DNA of 32,000 bases, taken from an uncultured Saccharofermentans sp. (GTDB taxonomy: Bacteria > Bacillota > Clostridia > Saccharofermentanales > UBA5734). Positions 15,975 through 24,890 of the stretch are shown in pieces. The notes under the pieces were generated by a model. The model did not search any database. It was not told the DNA's origin and saw nothing but the letters and a program-made list of their open reading frames with translations. A program made the translations under genes and the position numbers. How positions within the stretch are numbered: the first letter of the stretch is position 1; each line of letters opens with the position of its first letter. The stretch is from assembly GCA_963677835.2 (NCBI GenBank), contig CAXXUX010000001.1:467832-499831 (forward strand), read 5' to 3'.

Positions 15975-17003
15975 TTAACCCTGGTAGCGGATCATGGCGC
16001 CTATGGCATTGATATAGGGCGCGATCGGTTGGTCCTGCGGCATGGTTACTTTGCCCAGCTTGCGGATAACCTCGGTCGGAACGCCGAAAGCCTCGCCCAT
16101 TGTTTTTTCTAAGCCGTTGAAAACCGCCACACGGCCGTACAAATAAATCATTTCAACCCTGCCGTTTTGCAGGCGGCCGGAGAGGAATTGCTGAATCCGC
16201 TGAATGCCGTCGTTGACTGTCGTGACCAGCGGCCGAACCGCGTTACCCAGCGGTTCGTCGCTTCGCAGGCTATTTAATGACAGGTCCAGTTTCTCGATGT
16301 TGATCTGATCATCGGCCGTGGCATCATTATTGTGGGTGGCGACATAGCGTTCAATGTCAATGCCGCCAGCTGGAATAATCCTGGTATAGGTGATTTCACC
16401 ATTGGTGATGATGTAGGCGGTCGAGGTCACGGCGCCCATGTCCAGGTACATGACGCTCGCGCCTTCCCTTTGCGACCGGTCATTGACATCGGTTCCGGCC
16501 AGGGCTTTGCATATGGCATTGGGATGAATATCCAGGGCTATTGGGGTCAGTCCGCAATTGCGCAACAGCTTGTTGTAATCGTTGATGTAGTCCGTCTGCA
16601 TGGCCGAGGCCCGGATATGCAAAAGTTCCGGCTTGTCCGGGATTTTCTGCTTGGAGACGGTATATTCTACAGCGACATCCTTATTGGCGGACATGGAAGA
16701 CTGGACCTCAAAACTCACGACATCGTCCAGCACCTTGGGTTTGGCGTTGGGCACATCCAGCTCGCGGGAATAGATGTGGCTGCCGTTGATCGTCAGAATA
16801 CAGGAACGGTCATGAATCCGGTTTTTAGCCAGCATATTTTTCAGAGCCATTTCCAGGCCGCCGAATTCACGGATGATCCCGTCCTGCATCAGGCCGGATG
16901 GAATCGGTTCAATAAAGGCCTGTCTGATCGAGACCGAAGACCGGCTGGCCTGGCCTTGAACCAGATGAATGGCGCGTGTTCCAATATCGATGGCAATTGA
17001 CAT
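15975..17003 (-). CDS. pilM: PilM, actin-like ATPase-fold pilus assembly protein
   Basis: MSIAIDIGTRAIHLV phosphate-1-like N-terminus, 342 aa, located between pilC and pilN. Confidence 0.85.
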   Translation of the reverse strand: MSIAIDIGTRAIHLVQGQASRSSVSIRQAFIEPIPSGLMQDGIIREFGGLEMALKNMLAKNRIHDRSCILTINGSHIYSRELDVPNAKPKVLDDVVSFEVQSSMSANKDVAVEYTVSKQKIPDKPELLHIRASAMQTDYINDYNKLLRNCGLTPIALDIHPNAICKALAGTDVNDRSQREGASVMYLDMGAVTSTAYIITNGEITYTRIIPAGGIDIERYVATHNNDATADDQINIEKLDLSLNSLRSDEPLGNAVRPLVTTVNDGIQRIQQFLSGRLQNGRVEMIYLYGRVAVFNGLEKTMGEAFGVPTEVIRKLGKVTMPQDQPIAPYINAIGAMIRYQG

Positions 17004-17024
17004 AGTGTATCCTCCTTCAGTCGG

Positions 17025-18233
17025 TCAGGCAATGGCCCCGTACATGGTAAACATGGGCAGGGCGATTGAAATGACGATGAATCCAATGATGATGGCCATA
17101 AAGACAATCATGAGCGGTTCGAGAAGTCCAACGAGCCGGGTGATGGCCGCATCGCTTTCTTCATCAAAAAAGGCTGCGGTTTTGGTCAGGATATCATCCA
17201 GGAGTCCGGACTCCTCGCCGACGCTGATCATATTGTAGATCATTGCCGGGAACTGCTCGGTCTTTTTGATGGCAACGGAAAGCTGTGTGCCTTTGCGAAT
17301 ATCTTCGGTCACGATCAGCAGTTTGTCATGAATAAATTGATTGCCAACGACCCGGGCAGTGATTTCAATGCTCTGCAGCATCTGGATGCCGCTGGACAAT
17401 AGCGTGGAAAGCGTCCGGGCAAAGCGGGCGGCATAGATCATTTTCAAGGACTTGCCGACAATCGGCATAACCAGCTTTTTGGAATCCCACCAAAGGAGAC
17501 CCTTTTCGCTGCGTTTAAATCCGCGCCAGCCGATGATGATGATGATCAGGCCACCGCCGATCATGTACCAGTAACTGGTGATGACATCGCTAAGGCCCAG
17601 CAAAATGCGTGTTGGCAGCGGGACTTCACCGCCGCCTGCCAAAATGATACCGGTAAAGCTGGGTAAAACAACAACCAGCATCAAAACGACTACGACCACC
17701 GTCAGGACAGTCAGGACCATCGGGTAAACCATGGCGCCCTTGATTTTGTTTTTGAGCTTGTTTTCTTTTTCGTAGTGCTCAGCCATGCGGATAAGAACCG
17801 AATCCAGGTTGCCGGCGCTTTCACCCGTCATAACCATGTTGATAAATAATTCCGGGAAAGCGGCTCCCTGTTTGCGGAAAGCCTCGGACATCGCCTCGCC
17901 CTTCTGGACGGCTTCATAAACCCGGCCTATGCAGGCACGAAGATTTTTGTCCATCGTCTGCTGGTAGAGGATGTCCAGGCTCTTGACCGCCGTAATGCCT
18001 GCATTGATCAAGGTAGCGAACTGGCGGCAAAAAATGGCCAAAGGCTTTAGTTTGATCTTTTTGGACATGCTGGCCAAATTACGGGTGCTGGTCTCGACTT
18101 TATCCTCGGCATCCAGGATGAACAAGCCCTTTTCTTTGAGCTTTAAGATCAGCTGGTTTTTGTTGGCGGCCTCGAGGCTGCCCGCAAGCCGCTTGCCGGC
18201 TGCATCGATCGCGGTGTAAGTGAATTGCGGCAT
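17025..18233 (-). CDS. pilC: PilC / GspF-family platform protein
   Basis: 402 aa with two GspF-type repeats and three TM regions. The start MPQFTYTAIDAAGKR..G is typical of PilC. Confidence 0.9.
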   Translation of the reverse strand: MPQFTYTAIDAAGKRLAGSLEAANKNQLILKLKEKGLFILDAEDKVETSTRNLASMSKKIKLKPLAIFCRQFATLINAGITAVKSLDILYQQTMDKNLRACIGRVYEAVQKGEAMSEAFRKQGAAFPELFINMVMTGESAGNLDSVLIRMAEHYEKENKLKNKIKGAMVYPMVLTVLTVVVVVLMLVVVLPSFTGIILAGGGEVPLPTRILLGLSDVITSYWYMIGGGLIIIIIGWRGFKRSEKGLLWWDSKKLVMPIVGKSLKMIYAARFARTLSTLLSSGIQMLQSIEITARVVGNQFIHDKLLIVTEDIRKGTQLSVAIKKTEQFPAMIYNMISVGEESGLLDDILTKTAAFFDEESDAAITRLVGLLEPLMIVFMAIIIGFIVISIALPMFTMYGAIA

Positions 18234-18277
18234 GCAATCCCTCCTGTCTTAATGGATGATTTGCGCAGGATGCTTTT

Positions 18278-19417
18278 TTAGAACATCGCGGAATCGCTGA
18301 TCAGATAGCGCTGCAGCGTTTCCGGATCCTGGCAAAAGGAGAAGGCGGTCTCATTGCTGATCCTGGCCTGGCGAACCAGCTGGGCCAGCGAATAGTCCAT
18401 CGACATCATGCCTTGTTTGAGGCCGGTCTGGATATAGCTCTGAATCTGGTGGACTTTGCCTTCGCGAATGGTGTTTTTGACGGCATCGGTTCCGAGCAGG
18501 ATTTCAAGGGCGGCCACACGGCCTTTGTTGTCGGCCGTGATCAATAATTGCTGGGCGATGATGCCCTGGATAACGCTGGCCAGCTGAACCCTGATCTGGG
18601 TTTGCTGATATGGCGGGAAAACGTCGATGATACGGTCGATCGTTTGGGCGGCGCTGGTCGTATGCAAGGTCGACAGAACCAGATGGCCGGTTTCAGCTGC
18701 GGAAATCGCCGTGCCGATGGTTTCCAGGTCGCGCATTTCGCCGACCAGAATGACGTCGGGGTCTTCGCGCAAGGCTGCCCGCAAGCCATTGGCAAACGTC
18801 TGGCTGTCATCGCCGACTTCCCGCTGGTTGATCATGCTCTTGCGGTGCTTATGCAAATACTCGATCGGCTCTTCCAGCGTCAGGATGTGGCAGCTGCGAG
18901 TGGAATTGATAAAGTCCACCATGGCGGCCAAAGTCGTTGATTTGCCGGAGCCTGTAGGGCCGGTGACCAGAATCAGGCCACGGGGCTTGAGCGCCAGATC
19001 TTCCAGGACTTTTGGCAGTTTCAGGCTGGCGATGGTCGGAATATTGGTCATAATGATACGGATCGCGGCGCCAAGGCTTTTGCGCTGCCGATAGACATTG
19101 ACGCGGAACCGGCTGACATTGGGGATGCCATAGGAAAAATCGACTTCGCCTTTGGTCGCCAGTTCTTCTTTTTGTTTGTGGTTGAGCATCGAAAGGCAAA
19201 GGCGCTCCGTGTGCTCCGGACCCAGAATGTACTCGCGCATGGGAACTAGCAGGCCGTTAACTCGCATCATCGGCGGCAGCGCCACCGTCAAGTGAACATC
19301 CGAAGCCTTGCTTTCCAGCGCCTCAATCAATAGCTCATTCAGAGTCGAGTCGCTTATGACCGCAAAGGACTCCATGTTCATGTCCAGATCCAAGTTGAAA
19401 TTAATCGAGTTGTCCAT
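18278..19417 (-). CDS. pilT: PilT-type retraction ATPase
   Basis: Walker A GPTGSGKSTT. Asp box ALREDPDVILVGEMRD. His box LVLSTLHT. Start chosen at ATG 19417, 8 nt after GGGAAG; GTG 19426 and ATG 19423 are alternatives. Confidence 0.9.
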   Translation of the reverse strand: MDNSINFNLDLDMNMESFAVISDSTLNELLIEALESKASDVHLTVALPPMMRVNGLLVPMREYILGPEHTERLCLSMLNHKQKEELATKGEVDFSYGIPNVSRFRVNVYRQRKSLGAAIRIIMTNIPTIASLKLPKVLEDLALKPRGLILVTGPTGSGKSTTLAAMVDFINSTRSCHILTLEEPIEYLHKHRKSMINQREVGDDSQTFANGLRAALREDPDVILVGEMRDLETIGTAISAAETGHLVLSTLHTTSAAQTIDRIIDVFPPYQQTQIRVQLASVIQGIIAQQLLITADNKGRVAALEILLGTDAVKNTIREGKVHQIQSYIQTGLKQGMMSMDYSLAQLVRQARISNETAFSFCQDPETLQRYLISDSAMF

Positions 19418-19435
19418 TTTCATCACTTCCCTTTA

Positions 19436-21112
19436 CTACTTAGCCTCATCGACTGAATAGGTCACCTTGAGCATTTCCTGCGTCGTTGTAATGCCATCGA
19501 GAACCAGTTTGATACAAGTATCCATCAGGGTTGTCGTCCCCTGACGGATGGCCACAGTTCTGATTTGATCGTCAGAAGCCCGGCGATCAACCAATTCGCG
19601 GATTTCCTTCGTGACAACCAGGATTTCATGAATAGCCGTCCGGCCTTTGTATCCACTAAAGCCACACTCCGGGCAACCGGCGCCGCGAAACAGCGGACGA
19701 GGTTCGCGCATTTTGAGCTGCATGGCTTCGGAGTGGGATGGTTTGTAGGTCTCTTTGCAGCGCGGGCAGATTTTGCGGACCAGGCGCTGTGAAATGATGC
19801 CGACCACTGAAGACGATACCAAATAGGGATCGACGCCCATGTCAACCAGACGCGTCACTGTCGAAGCCGAATCGTTGGTGTGGATGGTGCTTAAGACCAA
19901 ATGTCCGGTGATCGAGGCACGAATGGCAATTTCAGCGGTTTCGCCGTCACGGATTTCACCGATCAGGATGATGTCCGGGTCCTGGCGAAGAATCGAACGG
20001 AGGCCGCTGGCAAAAGTCATGCCGGCCCTGACATTGACCTGGACCTGGTTGACGCCCGCCATGCGGTATTCAACCGGGTCTTCGACGGTGACAATGTTGG
20101 TGGTCGGCTGGTTAAGGTCTTTCAAAACCGTATAGAGGGTCGTCGTTTTACCAGACCCGGTCGGTCCGGAAACCAGGATGATCCCATGCGGGCTTTTGAC
20201 AATGCGCTCGAACAATAATTGATTGGTCTCCGAAAGCCCGAGCATATCGCGGGACAAGGCCACTTCACTGCGCCCCAGGATACGGATAACGACCTTTTCG
20301 CCATTGACCGTCGGCAAGATCGAAAGACGCAGGTCAACCTGGCGTCCGGCGATCACTGTTTCGACACGGCCGTCCTGAGGAATGCGCTTCTCGGCGATAT
20401 CCATGCCGCCGATGATCTTGATGCGGGTGATGACCGCCGCGTGGGCGTTTTTCGGGGCGTTCATGACTTCCTGAAGCACGCCGTCCAGCCGCAGGCGAAC
20501 CCGCATCTGGCCTTCGGTCGGTTCGATATGGATGTCACTGGCATTGATCTTGATGGCATGCTCGATAATCGAATTGACCAGCTTGACGACTGGCGCATTG
20601 GCGACCTCGTCCGTGATCTGCTCGGTAATCCGGACCATCTCGTCGACGTCAAATTCCTTTTCGAGTTCCTGAGCGGCCTTTTGGGCATTTTCCTTGCCAT
20701 AGCTGGCATCGATGGCCGCAAGGATCTGCCGGCGGGTACTCATTTTCGGCAGGATATCCTTACCGGTCAGATAGCGGATTTCATCGATGATGATAAAGTC
20801 CAGCGGATCATTCATGATGACGACCAGTTGGCCATTTTCAAAACCAACCGGTATCGCGCAATACTTTTTGGCATTTTCTTCGCTGATCAGACCAGGCGCC
20901 GCCGAGTCGATCCGAATGTCAGCCATGTCGATATACGGAATCCGGCACTGGTACTCCAGCGCCTTCATGATTTCAATATCGGTCAGCAACCCCATCTCGA
21001 TAATCGTATCGCCCAGCTTATGACCTGTAGTCTGTTGCTGGAACAAAACTTCATCAAGCTGCTCTTGGGTCAACAAACCAGATTCAATTAAGATGTCGCC
21101 AAGTTTCTTCAT
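19436..21112 (-). CDS. pilB: PilB / GspE-family assembly ATPase with an N-terminal MshEN domain
   Basis: Walker A GPTGSGKTTT. Tetracysteine CPRC...CPEC. Tandem MshEN motifs sit at the N-terminus. Start chosen at MKKLGDIL (21112); the ORF stays open to 21160 but has no RBS there. Confidence 0.9.
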   Translation of the reverse strand: MKKLGDILIESGLLTQEQLDEVLFQQQTTGHKLGDTIIEMGLLTDIEIMKALEYQCRIPYIDMADIRIDSAAPGLISEENAKKYCAIPVGFENGQLVVIMNDPLDFIIIDEIRYLTGKDILPKMSTRRQILAAIDASYGKENAQKAAQELEKEFDVDEMVRITEQITDEVANAPVVKLVNSIIEHAIKINASDIHIEPTEGQMRVRLRLDGVLQEVMNAPKNAHAAVITRIKIIGGMDIAEKRIPQDGRVETVIAGRQVDLRLSILPTVNGEKVVIRILGRSEVALSRDMLGLSETNQLLFERIVKSPHGIILVSGPTGSGKTTTLYTVLKDLNQPTTNIVTVEDPVEYRMAGVNQVQVNVRAGMTFASGLRSILRQDPDIILIGEIRDGETAEIAIRASITGHLVLSTIHTNDSASTVTRLVDMGVDPYLVSSSVVGIISQRLVRKICPRCKETYKPSHSEAMQLKMREPRPLFRGAGCPECGFSGYKGRTAIHEILVVTKEIRELVDRRASDDQIRTVAIRQGTTTLMDTCIKLVLDGITTTQEMLKVTYSVDEAK

Positions 21113-21256
21113 GATTTCTCTCTGCCTTTTCCTGCTCAACGGCATGACTAATAATGACAATTATTAATACAAGTCTTATTATACTAATATCAAATGATAA
21201 ATTGAAGGGTTCAGCACAAAATAAGTGCAAATGTCATGGACAAATAATATTTCTGT

Positions 21257-21304
21257 ATAAAAACCACCGCCATTCAGCATTCATTCAATGGAACAGCGGT
21301 GGTT
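21257..21304 (-). terminator. Intrinsic terminator after fucU
   Basis: On the - strand, AACCACCGC ... GCGGUGGUU (9-bp stem with a structured loop) is followed by UUUUAUAC. Confidence 0.6.
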
Positions 21305-21388
21305 GCAATTTAAAAAATATTCGATTTACAGCAAAATAAAGACATTCAAATGGTTGCCCGGCAAGAAAACCCATGATCAAGGTTATCT

Positions 21389-21826
21389 TTATTTTTCGAT
21401 AACAACACCTTTTTTAAGAATAATGTTGGCATAGAGCGCTTTTTCTCCACTGGAAAGCACAGCATAGCAACGTCGGGCGCGGTCATAAAAAGCAAAGCGT
21501 TCGACCTCGCCAACCAAGGCAGCGCCACGCGAATCATGCTTCTGGATAATCGCCTTGAATTCATCCCAGATGGGCGTCTCGACCGTATCGCCAGGTGTAA
21601 CCTGCATCAGAGCTACCGGTTTCTCAACAAAGGTGTCCAGCGGGAAAAGCGTTAAAATTGCCTCGAGCAAAGCCGGAACGCCATGGCCATCGCAACGGAC
21701 GACACGGCTGTTCATGCTCGCATGCGGAAAATTGCCGTCACCGATGCAGATTTCATCCCCATGACCCATCTCCATCAGGATTTTCAGAAGTTCAGGCGAC
21801 AAAATCGAAGGTATTCCTTTAAGCAT
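21389..21826 (-). CDS. fucU: L-fucose mutarotase (RbsD/FucU family)
   Basis: MLKGIPSILSPELLKILMEMGHGDEICIGDGNFP...RFAFYDRA...YANIILKKGVV closely parallels E. coli FucU along its length. AAAGGAG RBS before ATG 21826. Confidence 0.85.
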   Translation of the reverse strand: MLKGIPSILSPELLKILMEMGHGDEICIGDGNFPHASMNSRVVRCDGHGVPALLEAILTLFPLDTFVEKPVALMQVTPGDTVETPIWDEFKAIIQKHDSRGAALVGEVERFAFYDRARRCYAVLSSGEKALYANIILKKGVVIEK

Positions 21827-21940
21827 ATAGACTCCTTTCGCCAGTAAATAACTATTCGCCGGCATGAAATATTTTTTATCAGATCAATTGATGAACCATC
21901 AAGAAAATTATAGCTTAATAACCTTTGCAGTCAATAAACT

Positions 21941-23227
21941 TCATAGATTAAAATAGCGGTCCAATTCCGCCATTTGTTCCTTGCTTAAGGGTTGCAAATC
22001 CGATAGCTGCGGAACTGACAGCTGCGTCCTGGCAGAAAATTCAGCCACTTCAAAGCGGTCAAACGCCTGCATCAGGTTATGGCCGGTAGTAATGATGCCG
22101 TCGTTTTCCAGCAGTACGGCCGGTGATTCGGCGGACAGCATGCTGACGACCTTCTTGGGCTCGGTATAATTGATGCCATAAGGAGCCATGGTCAGTTTTT
22201 TAAGCTGGAGGTAGCTCTCCGGCATCAAGTGGGTATTCAGCTCGGCGGTTGTCAGGGTAAAAGCCATCAGATGGGACGGTTGGGCGCAAATAATGGCTTT
22301 AATATCCGGGCGGTGATGATAAATCAATTCATTCAAAAAGACAGCTCGGCTGGGTGATTTCCCTTCTTCTTTCATGCCGCGGCGAACCAGAACCAATTGT
22401 TCTTCCCTGATTTGCCGCCGGTCGGCGCCAAAAGGAGTAATCAAAAATGAACCGTCGCTCAAACGCGTCGAGATTGTCCCCTGTGAGCTCGTAAAGAGCT
22501 GTTGCTCCAACGCCCGGTGAATCATCCGGGTCATATCCCTGCGCAAGGCCAACTCTTCGCTGCTGTGCTGGCGCGGCTTGAATTCGCTAAGCCGAATATG
22601 CGCTTCCGTTCTGGCCAGGTCAATCTGGTGGTCGGTTAATACTTTGGGCTGACCAATGCGCCTGGCGAGCAATTCACTGCGGGCAGCGTATTCAAGCGTC
22701 TCGAAAATCATATAAGCTTGGCCGATTGTATCGGCGGCAACGCACACGCCATGATTCTCCAATAAAACCGCCGAATGGCCTTTGAGAAATTCCGCAGCCA
22801 GATTCTCGCCAAGTTCCGGCGAGCCAATTCTGGCATATGGCGCCAGGCCGACTGAACCGCACACCAGCCGGGTGTTGGGGATCAAATTGATGGTTGGCAC
22901 CTGGTTCATCACGCTGAAAGTGACCAGAGCCGGCGAATGAGCATGCAAGATAGCCCGCGTATTGCCACAGGCTGCGTATATCGCTTGATGGAACAGAAGT
23001 TCGGAGGTTGGTTTTTGGTGTCCATGCTGGCTGCCATCCGGATGGAGGCAGACGATATCGCTGCGCGTCAAATTTCCTTTGTCCACGCCGCCTGGCGTAA
23101 CCCACAAATCACCGTTGGCTTCCCGAATCGAAAGATTGCCGCCGCTCATGGTCGTCAATCCGCCAGAATAAATCCGATTCATAATGGTAACCAATTGGTC
23201 TGCAGGATGCATCATATCGACATGCAT
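21941..23227 (-). CDS. Fused double class II aldolase/adducin-domain protein (FucA-like N-domain, degenerate C-domain)
   Basis: GGGAGG RBS before ATG 23227. Domain 1 has the SE..FH, HAHS and ENHG zinc and catalytic motifs. Domain 2 aligns but reads CAQPSH and ENDG at those positions. Confidence 0.8.
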   Translation of the reverse strand: MHVDMMHPADQLVTIMNRIYSGGLTTMSGGNLSIREANGDLWVTPGGVDKGNLTRSDIVCLHPDGSQHGHQKPTSELLFHQAIYAACGNTRAILHAHSPALVTFSVMNQVPTINLIPNTRLVCGSVGLAPYARIGSPELGENLAAEFLKGHSAVLLENHGVCVAADTIGQAYMIFETLEYAARSELLARRIGQPKVLTDHQIDLARTEAHIRLSEFKPRQHSSEELALRRDMTRMIHRALEQQLFTSSQGTISTRLSDGSFLITPFGADRRQIREEQLVLVRRGMKEEGKSPSRAVFLNELIYHHRPDIKAIICAQPSHLMAFTLTTAELNTHLMPESYLQLKKLTMAPYGINYTEPKKVVSMLSAESPAVLLENDGIITTGHNLMQAFDRFEVAEFSARTQLSVPQLSDLQPLSKEQMAELDRYFNL

Positions 23228-23343
23228 AAGTTTGCCTCCCATTCAATTGTTAAAGATTTTTGAATTGGCAAATGAGCACATACTTTAAATTTTTCTATTT
23301 TAATTCTAACATAATCCACATCAAGAAAGAATCAATTCAACCT

Positions 23344-23379
23344 CGAAAAAGCAAAAAGAGAATCTCGCGATTCTCTTTT
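23344..23379 (-). terminator. Intrinsic terminator following leader-motif copy 1
   Basis: On the - strand, AAAAGAGAAUC-GCGA-GAUUCUCUUUU is followed by UGCUUUUU. Confidence 0.75.
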
Positions 23380-23390
23380 GCCGCTTGATG

Positions 23391-23448
23391 TTCTGGAGTC
23401 AAGCACTCCTTTTTCAGCCTCGCTTTTATGGGATAAACGGGGTTAACC
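23391..23448 (-). promoter_or_regulatory. Conserved leader RNA motif, copy 1 (orphan: own promoter at 23469-23498, terminator at 23344-23379)
   Basis: - strand: GGUUAACCCCGUUUAUCCCAUAAAAGCGAGGCUGAAAAAGGAGUGCUUGACUCCAGAA. Near-identical to copies 2 and 3. Confidence 0.6.
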
Positions 23449-23510
23449 CATCCTTATGCACTAAAAACAGTATAGCACCGCTCACGCCAATGAATCAATA
23501 GAAGTCTGGT

Positions 23511-24524
23511 TTATTGCTTTTCAGAGGCTTTGCTGCGATAAACGATCAAAGTCAGGCTAGCGGCCAGAGCCAATAAAATTGTGCCAATCAATGCCGCATT
23601 CCCTGATTCGCCGGTCTGCGGAATGTCTTCATCGCCGATGGTGGTCGTGGTCGTCGTTGTTACCGAAGCTCCAGGAATCGACGGATCGGTCAGGATGACC
23701 TCCGATGATTCTTCTGAAGTTGTGGTCGCTGTCACGGTCTCCTCAGAAGGAGCCGTATTTGTGGTCGTGACTTCCTGGGTGGTAGTCACTTCCGGCGTTG
23801 TCGTGGTCGTCACTTCCTGGGTGGTGGTCACTTCCGGCGTTGTCGTGGTTGTGACTTCCTGGGTGGTGGTCACTTCCGGCGTTGTCGTGGTCGTCACTTC
23901 CTGGGTGGTGGTCACTTCCGGCGTTGTCGTGGTTGTGACTTCCTGGGTGGTGGTCACTTCCGGCGTTGTCGTGGTTGTGACTCCCTGGGTGGTGGATGAA
24001 TCCCCAGTTGAACCGTTTTTATAAAAAATGGTGAAATGGCTCAGGTTAGCGATGCTGTTGTTGTTTTTCGGGCTATACAAATGGCCGTCGGAATTATTAG
24101 TGCCGTCATAAGTATAAACCAGATAATTGCTTCCGCCTTTAGCCATGAAATAATAAATGCTGATGTTGATGGCATCCCAGCGGTAAATGTAAACAACGCC
24201 TTCAGAATCTTTGGCCAGCCATACTTCCACTTTTTGGGACGGATCGCTGGGATTGACATTAAAGGTGAATTTCACAGGACCATTCTCTGTGCTGCCCAGC
24301 ACAAATCCATCTTCATTGTAATTCTGCTTGAAAAATGAAAATCCGGTCATCGAATCTGGCGTATTCGGCTCATCGACATATTCAGGCAGGACGTTGTCGT
24401 TGCTGCGCGCGTATTCGAGGCTGTAGCCAGGATCCGACGTTGTCCATGCAGACATGACCGACGCCAGGGTAAAAATAATCGAGATAATGACAACTAGAAC
24501 AAGTAATTTTTTAATTCTAAGCAT
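23511..24524 (-). CDS. Sortase-anchored surface protein, paralog A (unrecognised N-terminal domain plus Thr-rich stalk)
   Basis: ATG 24524 lies 7 nt after GGAGG. Signal/TM MLRIKKLLVLVVIISIIFTLASVMSAW. The conserved domain is shared with 24948..25745. Five TTTTTPEVTTTQEV repeats. C-terminal IPQTGESG, then a TM helix and an RSKASEKQ tail. Confidence 0.85.
   Translation of the reverse strand: MLRIKKLLVLVVIISIIFTLASVMSAWTTSDPGYSLEYARSNDNVLPEYVDEPNTPDSMTGFSFFKQNYNEDGFVLGSTENGPVKFTFNVNPSDPSQKVEVWLAKDSEGVVYIYRWDAINISIYYFMAKGGSNYLVYTYDGTNNSDGHLYSPKNNNSIANLSHFTIFYKNGSTGDSSTTQGVTTTTTPEVTTTQEVTTTTTPEVTTTQEVTTTTTPEVTTTQEVTTTTTPEVTTTQEVTTTTTPEVTTTQEVTTTNTAPSEETVTATTTSEESSEVILTDPSIPGASVTTTTTTTIGDEDIPQTGESGNAALIGTILLALAASLTLIVYRSKASEKQ
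23761..23995 (-). repeat. 42-bp in-frame tandem repeat (5.6 units) encoding the Thr-rich stalk
   Basis: Units start at 23761, 23803, 23845, 23887, 23929 and 23971. Units 2 and 4 are identical, as are units 3 and 5, which gives an 84-bp higher-order repeat. Confidence 0.9.
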
Positions 24525-24590
24525 AAAAATACCTCCAGTAAGCAAATCAACAAATATCACTCAAAATTAATATCTGTTGTTTGCTTGCGT

Positions 24591-24649
24591 TTCTGGAGGC
24601 AAGCGCTCTTTTTTCAGCCTCGTTTTTGACAGGATAAACGGGGTTAACC
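24591..24649 (-). promoter_or_regulatory. Conserved leader RNA motif, copy 2 (5' UTR of paralog A)
   Basis: - strand: GGUUAACCCCGUUUAUCCUGUCAAAAACGAGGCUGAAAAAAGAGCGCUUGCCUCCAGAA. CCUCCAG is complementary to the gene's SD region CUGGAGG (24530-24536). Confidence 0.6.
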
Positions 24650-24890
24650 TTTATTCTCTTTTATGATGCCAGTCAGCTTCTGTGCTTGTAACGTCCTCAA
24701 CAAGCATTGAAATGGGGTATCGTTACAACTAGTATAATCATATATGATTATTTAAAATTTGTCATCATCTTTTTGCAAAAAATCTTGATATTTATCAATA
24801 AATTTGTAATCAACTCGTAATATCGTAAAATATGAAGCTATTTGGCAAAATAGGATTACCGATCTTCCTGTTATCAATCAAGCAATCATT

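Noticed and set aside
23761-23995. Regular short tandem repeats, considered as a possible CRISPR array. The 294-bp repeats at 2175-3935 were considered as well.
   Set aside because: The repeats are directly adjacent with no unique spacers. They are in frame within CDSs and encode Thr-rich stalk or Cna-B-like modules. No cas genes are present.
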